Origin: Mayamaea pseudoterrestris
Taxonomy: Eukaryota
Direction: 5' to 3'
NCBI GenBank assembly: GCA_027923505.1
Contig: BROI01000003.1
Location: 620,001-684,000 of the forward strand
Length of the DNA stretch: 64,000 nt
A program made the position numbers and the translations under genes. How positions within the stretch are numbered: the first letter of the stretch is position 1; each line of letters begins with the position of its first letter. Under the pieces are notes generated by a model that was not told the DNA's origin, searched no databases, and saw only the letters and a list, made by a program, of their open reading frames with translations. Positions 60,616 to 64,000 of the stretch are shown piece after piece.

Positions 60616-63600
60616 ATGAGAAAGCTTTACCGACAGCAGGTACTGTCTGTGTTGTTTGTATTGGCCGCTCTTCTTTCGCGGACTCAGGCGCAAGACGTCG
60701 ATCCAACTATCATTCAAACATGCGAAACCGAAACTGCTCCAATCACGGTCACTCTCCCTGCATCAACCGAGGCGGAGCCTGTCGACGTCATGTTTCTATT
60801 CGACGACACTGGAACGTTCGCAAGAGCATCAAGTCAGCTTGCCAACCAATTCGGTGCTTTGGTGACGCAATTGGAAGCAGCCTTTCCGTCTGTTGATTTT
60901 GGATACGGTGTGGTAAGTTTAACATTCATTTGTGTCATGTCACAGGCTGCCCCATAACTAAATCACATATCTTTTCTTGTTAAAGGCCAAATATGAAGAC
61001 TTTGGAGGTAAGACAGTGTGACTTCCGGCGCGGCAGCAGTCATTCCTCTCAATTCTATATTATATTCTGACTCTCATTCATCTCACTCGTTTAGGCGTGG
61101 GAACCGACTATGGAGGACAGTTTGCGGATTCAAGACCAGCAATTCTGAACCAACCCATTGTCACGGCCGCGGAGCTTGGTGGAAGTGTTGATGCGCTAAA
61201 CACTCTTATCATTGACGCATTGCGCCGCACGGCTCCAGAAAATGGCGGGGACATTCCTGAATCAGCTATTGAGGGCTTGTATTACGTGGCAACTGGAGCA
61301 GGATTTGATGGAAACGGAGACGGAACCTTTCTTGGCTTGGATGGAACGCAAATTGCGGGAGCAAATGCAACACAAACGGCGCCTGACCAATCTGGGGATG
61401 TACCGGACATTGGTTCGCTGGACCCTGCGATATTGACTGCTGGCACAGTCGGTGGTGGTCTCTTCCGTTCCGGTAGCAAAAAGCTGCTGATTTTGGCTAC
61501 AGATGCATGCACAGTAGCGCCATTCATTGGCGAGATTCCTGCCACCGTTTCGTCAGAGTTCAGTACAGAGCCAAGTGAGGACTTTTCTTGTGGTGGAGGT
61601 GTGCGCTATGGACAAGTGGGCGACGCTCTTGTCAAAGCTGATAGTACTATCGCTCGATCGATTGCTCCACTTGGAGCACATACTGTTCCAGACACCGTGG
61701 CCGCGCTGGTTGCCAATGGCATTAAGGTCATGGGACTCTCCGCCGACGCAGGGGCGACTGCGTCAGGCTCGGGACCGTCAGATAGTCCAAGCGTGTTTCT
61801 ATCAGCTTTGGCCCGCCTCACGGGTGCTGTCGACGCTAATGGAGACGCCCTGGTGACACAAATTGACGTGAACGATGCTACTGCCATCCAAGCTGCAATT
61901 TTGAACGCCATTTCAACGTTTGTGGCACCACCGCTAAACGTGCAAGTCAGTCCGCAAGGTTGCGATACTATTGCCGGGCTTACACTAGCATTTGACCCGC
62001 CCACTGCGGAAAATGTTTTTGCTGGATCAAATGTCACGTTTGATGTGTCATTTGACATTGACCCGGCATTGGCTAGTGGCACTTGTCAATTGCAGTTTGT
62101 CGATGGAAGCGGCACTCTTCTTGCAACTGATGCTATTCAATTGGAAGTGTGTCAAAGCTCAATAATTCCGTCAGTATCGCCATCAACAGGGTCTACTTCA
62201 GTCTCACCTACTACACAAGTCGCAAGCGGGGCACCAAGCGTGGCGCCAAGCGCGGCACCGATTGTTGGGACAGTAGCTCCGTCCATTCCTGCTTCTTTGG
62301 CTCCCTCAATTCTTGGGGCTTCAGCAGCACCGTCCGGCTTACCGAGTATCTTGCCCACGGCTTTTCCAAGTGCAGCGCGAAGTGAAGGCAGTCCAACACA
62401 AATTCCATCCATTGCACCAACTATTTTGCCAACGGCAGCGCTGAGTGAAGGGAGCCCAACGAAAGTACCGTCAATCTCACCAACTAGAGCGCCAACAGCA
62501 TTGCCATCGCTAGGTGCTGGAAATACCAGAAGTCCAACCGGTATGTTATTCATGACGACAAGCTAGACAACTTAGTCAAACTCATGCACATTCTTATTTC
62601 TCACCCGCCTGTCAAAAAATCGCTTCACAGCTCCACCAAGCACAGGTCCTCCAAGCACGACGAGCCCACCTACTGCGTTACTAATTACCAGTCCTAGTCC
62701 TGCAAGCGTACCGGTACCGGTTCCCCAACAAAAGGGACGGCAACGAACGTCTCTATTCGGCCGATTGACTGGAGCAAACTTTTTCTCGACAATAAAAACT
62801 GGGGAAGGAAAGGTTGGTGGACCTGGATCCATTCGTTTTGACTTTACGCATCCAATACCCAAGGGTGAGGTTGTTGACGACAATTGCTGGGGCTTTAATT
62901 GTCCTAATGGTGGCGGAAGCCGCGCTGGCGGCAATGCCAAGGGCTCGAAAGCGGTCAAAGGCAGCAAGGGTGGCAAGGGTGGGTCGCAAGGCCAAGGTGC
63001 ATTCAACGGAGGTGGCAATGGCGGTTTCTCAACAGGGAGCAAGAATAGCACGCCGCAAAGAGGTGGTAAAGGTGGCAGTAAGGGCATTGTCTCCACCGTT
63101 TCCTCGAATAGCAAGTCACAAGGCAAAGGAGGCGGCAAGGGCGGTTCATCCAAGGTCAAAGGTAGTGGAAAAGGAGGTGGCAAGGGCTTTTCTCATTACA
63201 ACAATGACTACGGTAATGAGGGAATATCAGGTGTCTTCACGATCAGCAAGGGTGATGCACAAGTTGACAATATTTTCGAATCCATTTTCGACAATGAGAT
63301 TACTAGCGCCAGCAAAGGTAGCAAGGCTGGAATCAATCAGGAGCTACGATCAGAGCAAAAACGTATTCGTCGGGAGCGAATTCGAAACCACCAAATGGTA
63401 GGAACCACAACATCTACTAGGCCTGTGGCTAGCCCTGGTGGTGGTAACAATGGTGGCGACACAACGCAGGAGCTGCCTGGCCAATTCGTTCTCGTGACGG
63501 ACACGCGAGATGATCCCCCGCCAGAAAACCTGAGCGATATTGTATTCATAAGCACCCAACTAATGCAAAATGGAGGCGATCGTGTAAGGCGGAGGGCTGC

Positions 63601-63625
63601 TGCTGTGGAAAACGTTGAGCAGTGA
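60616..63625 (+). CDS. Secreted VWA-domain protein with Pro/Ser/Thr stalk and Gly/Lys-rich tail (introns 60913-60985, 61008-61094, 62541-62630)
   Basis: Signal peptide; MIDAS-like DVMFLFDDTGT; GGDIPESAIEGL; LILATD; PS/PT repeats; KGSK/KGGK motifs; all three splices keep frame. Confidence 0.85.
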
Positions 63626-64000
63626 TGTGCCAGTGTCGGCATATTACTGTGAATTTGCTCCGTACATTTTCTCGGCTGCTTCGTTTTGCAAATGTCGCTT
63701 AACTAATAGCATGGCCTTATACTTGTACATTGACATATTTGGATGCAGGTCTGAACAGTAGTGTAGGTAGTGGTGGCAAAAAATCTCCCCGCGGGCAGCG
63801 TGCTTGAAAAACAGGGATAGCTTGAGTACCGATGAGACGAAATGTGAACAAGCGCGCGCATCATGCATTCATCGCCACTCTTCCCACTGTCGTGCGAGAC
63901 GCGTGTGAAAAAATTGCAAGGATCTTTATGGTTTCTCTTTATAGCTAGCATTGCATACCAAAAGTAGCATCTTGGAAAATCACTCATGCGATCGCAATTC

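Overview
Gene-dense eukaryotic nuclear DNA, almost certainly a diatom. The evidence is short GT-AG introns, bipartite signal-peptide + 'AF' plastid presequences, a PsaR-like gene and a diatom-type cyclin; the species cannot be fixed from sequence alone. About 29 protein-coding genes are supported, mostly housekeeping: MSH6, AMPK-gamma/SNF4-like, PEX2, SEC12, AsnRS, NOB1, PI-PLC, CDC16/APC6, AMBRA1-like, two tandem SWEETs, a cyclin, a PMR1/SPCA ATPase, an RFC small subunit, plastid L17 and ALG13. The unusual content is: (1) a ~5.1 kb CpG-depleted repeat island (35.5-40.6 kb) made of a 169-bp satellite with several dyad symmetries per monomer and a ~355-bp dimeric flank; (2) a 42-bp repeat with a fixed 28-bp core (TGACG[C/T]AGTTTTCACTGGCACTCGTTTC) found as 1, 4 and 8 copies in three upstream/intergenic regions; (3) a zinc finger + TruA-like pseudouridine synthase + 2OG-Fe(II) dioxygenase fusion next to an SfsA-like nuclease; (4) an atypical kinase-like ORF interrupted by an in-frame TGA; (5) a secreted VWA protein with a mucin-like stalk and a KxxK/Gly-rich tail. 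All calls come from reading motifs by eye; no database searches were run.
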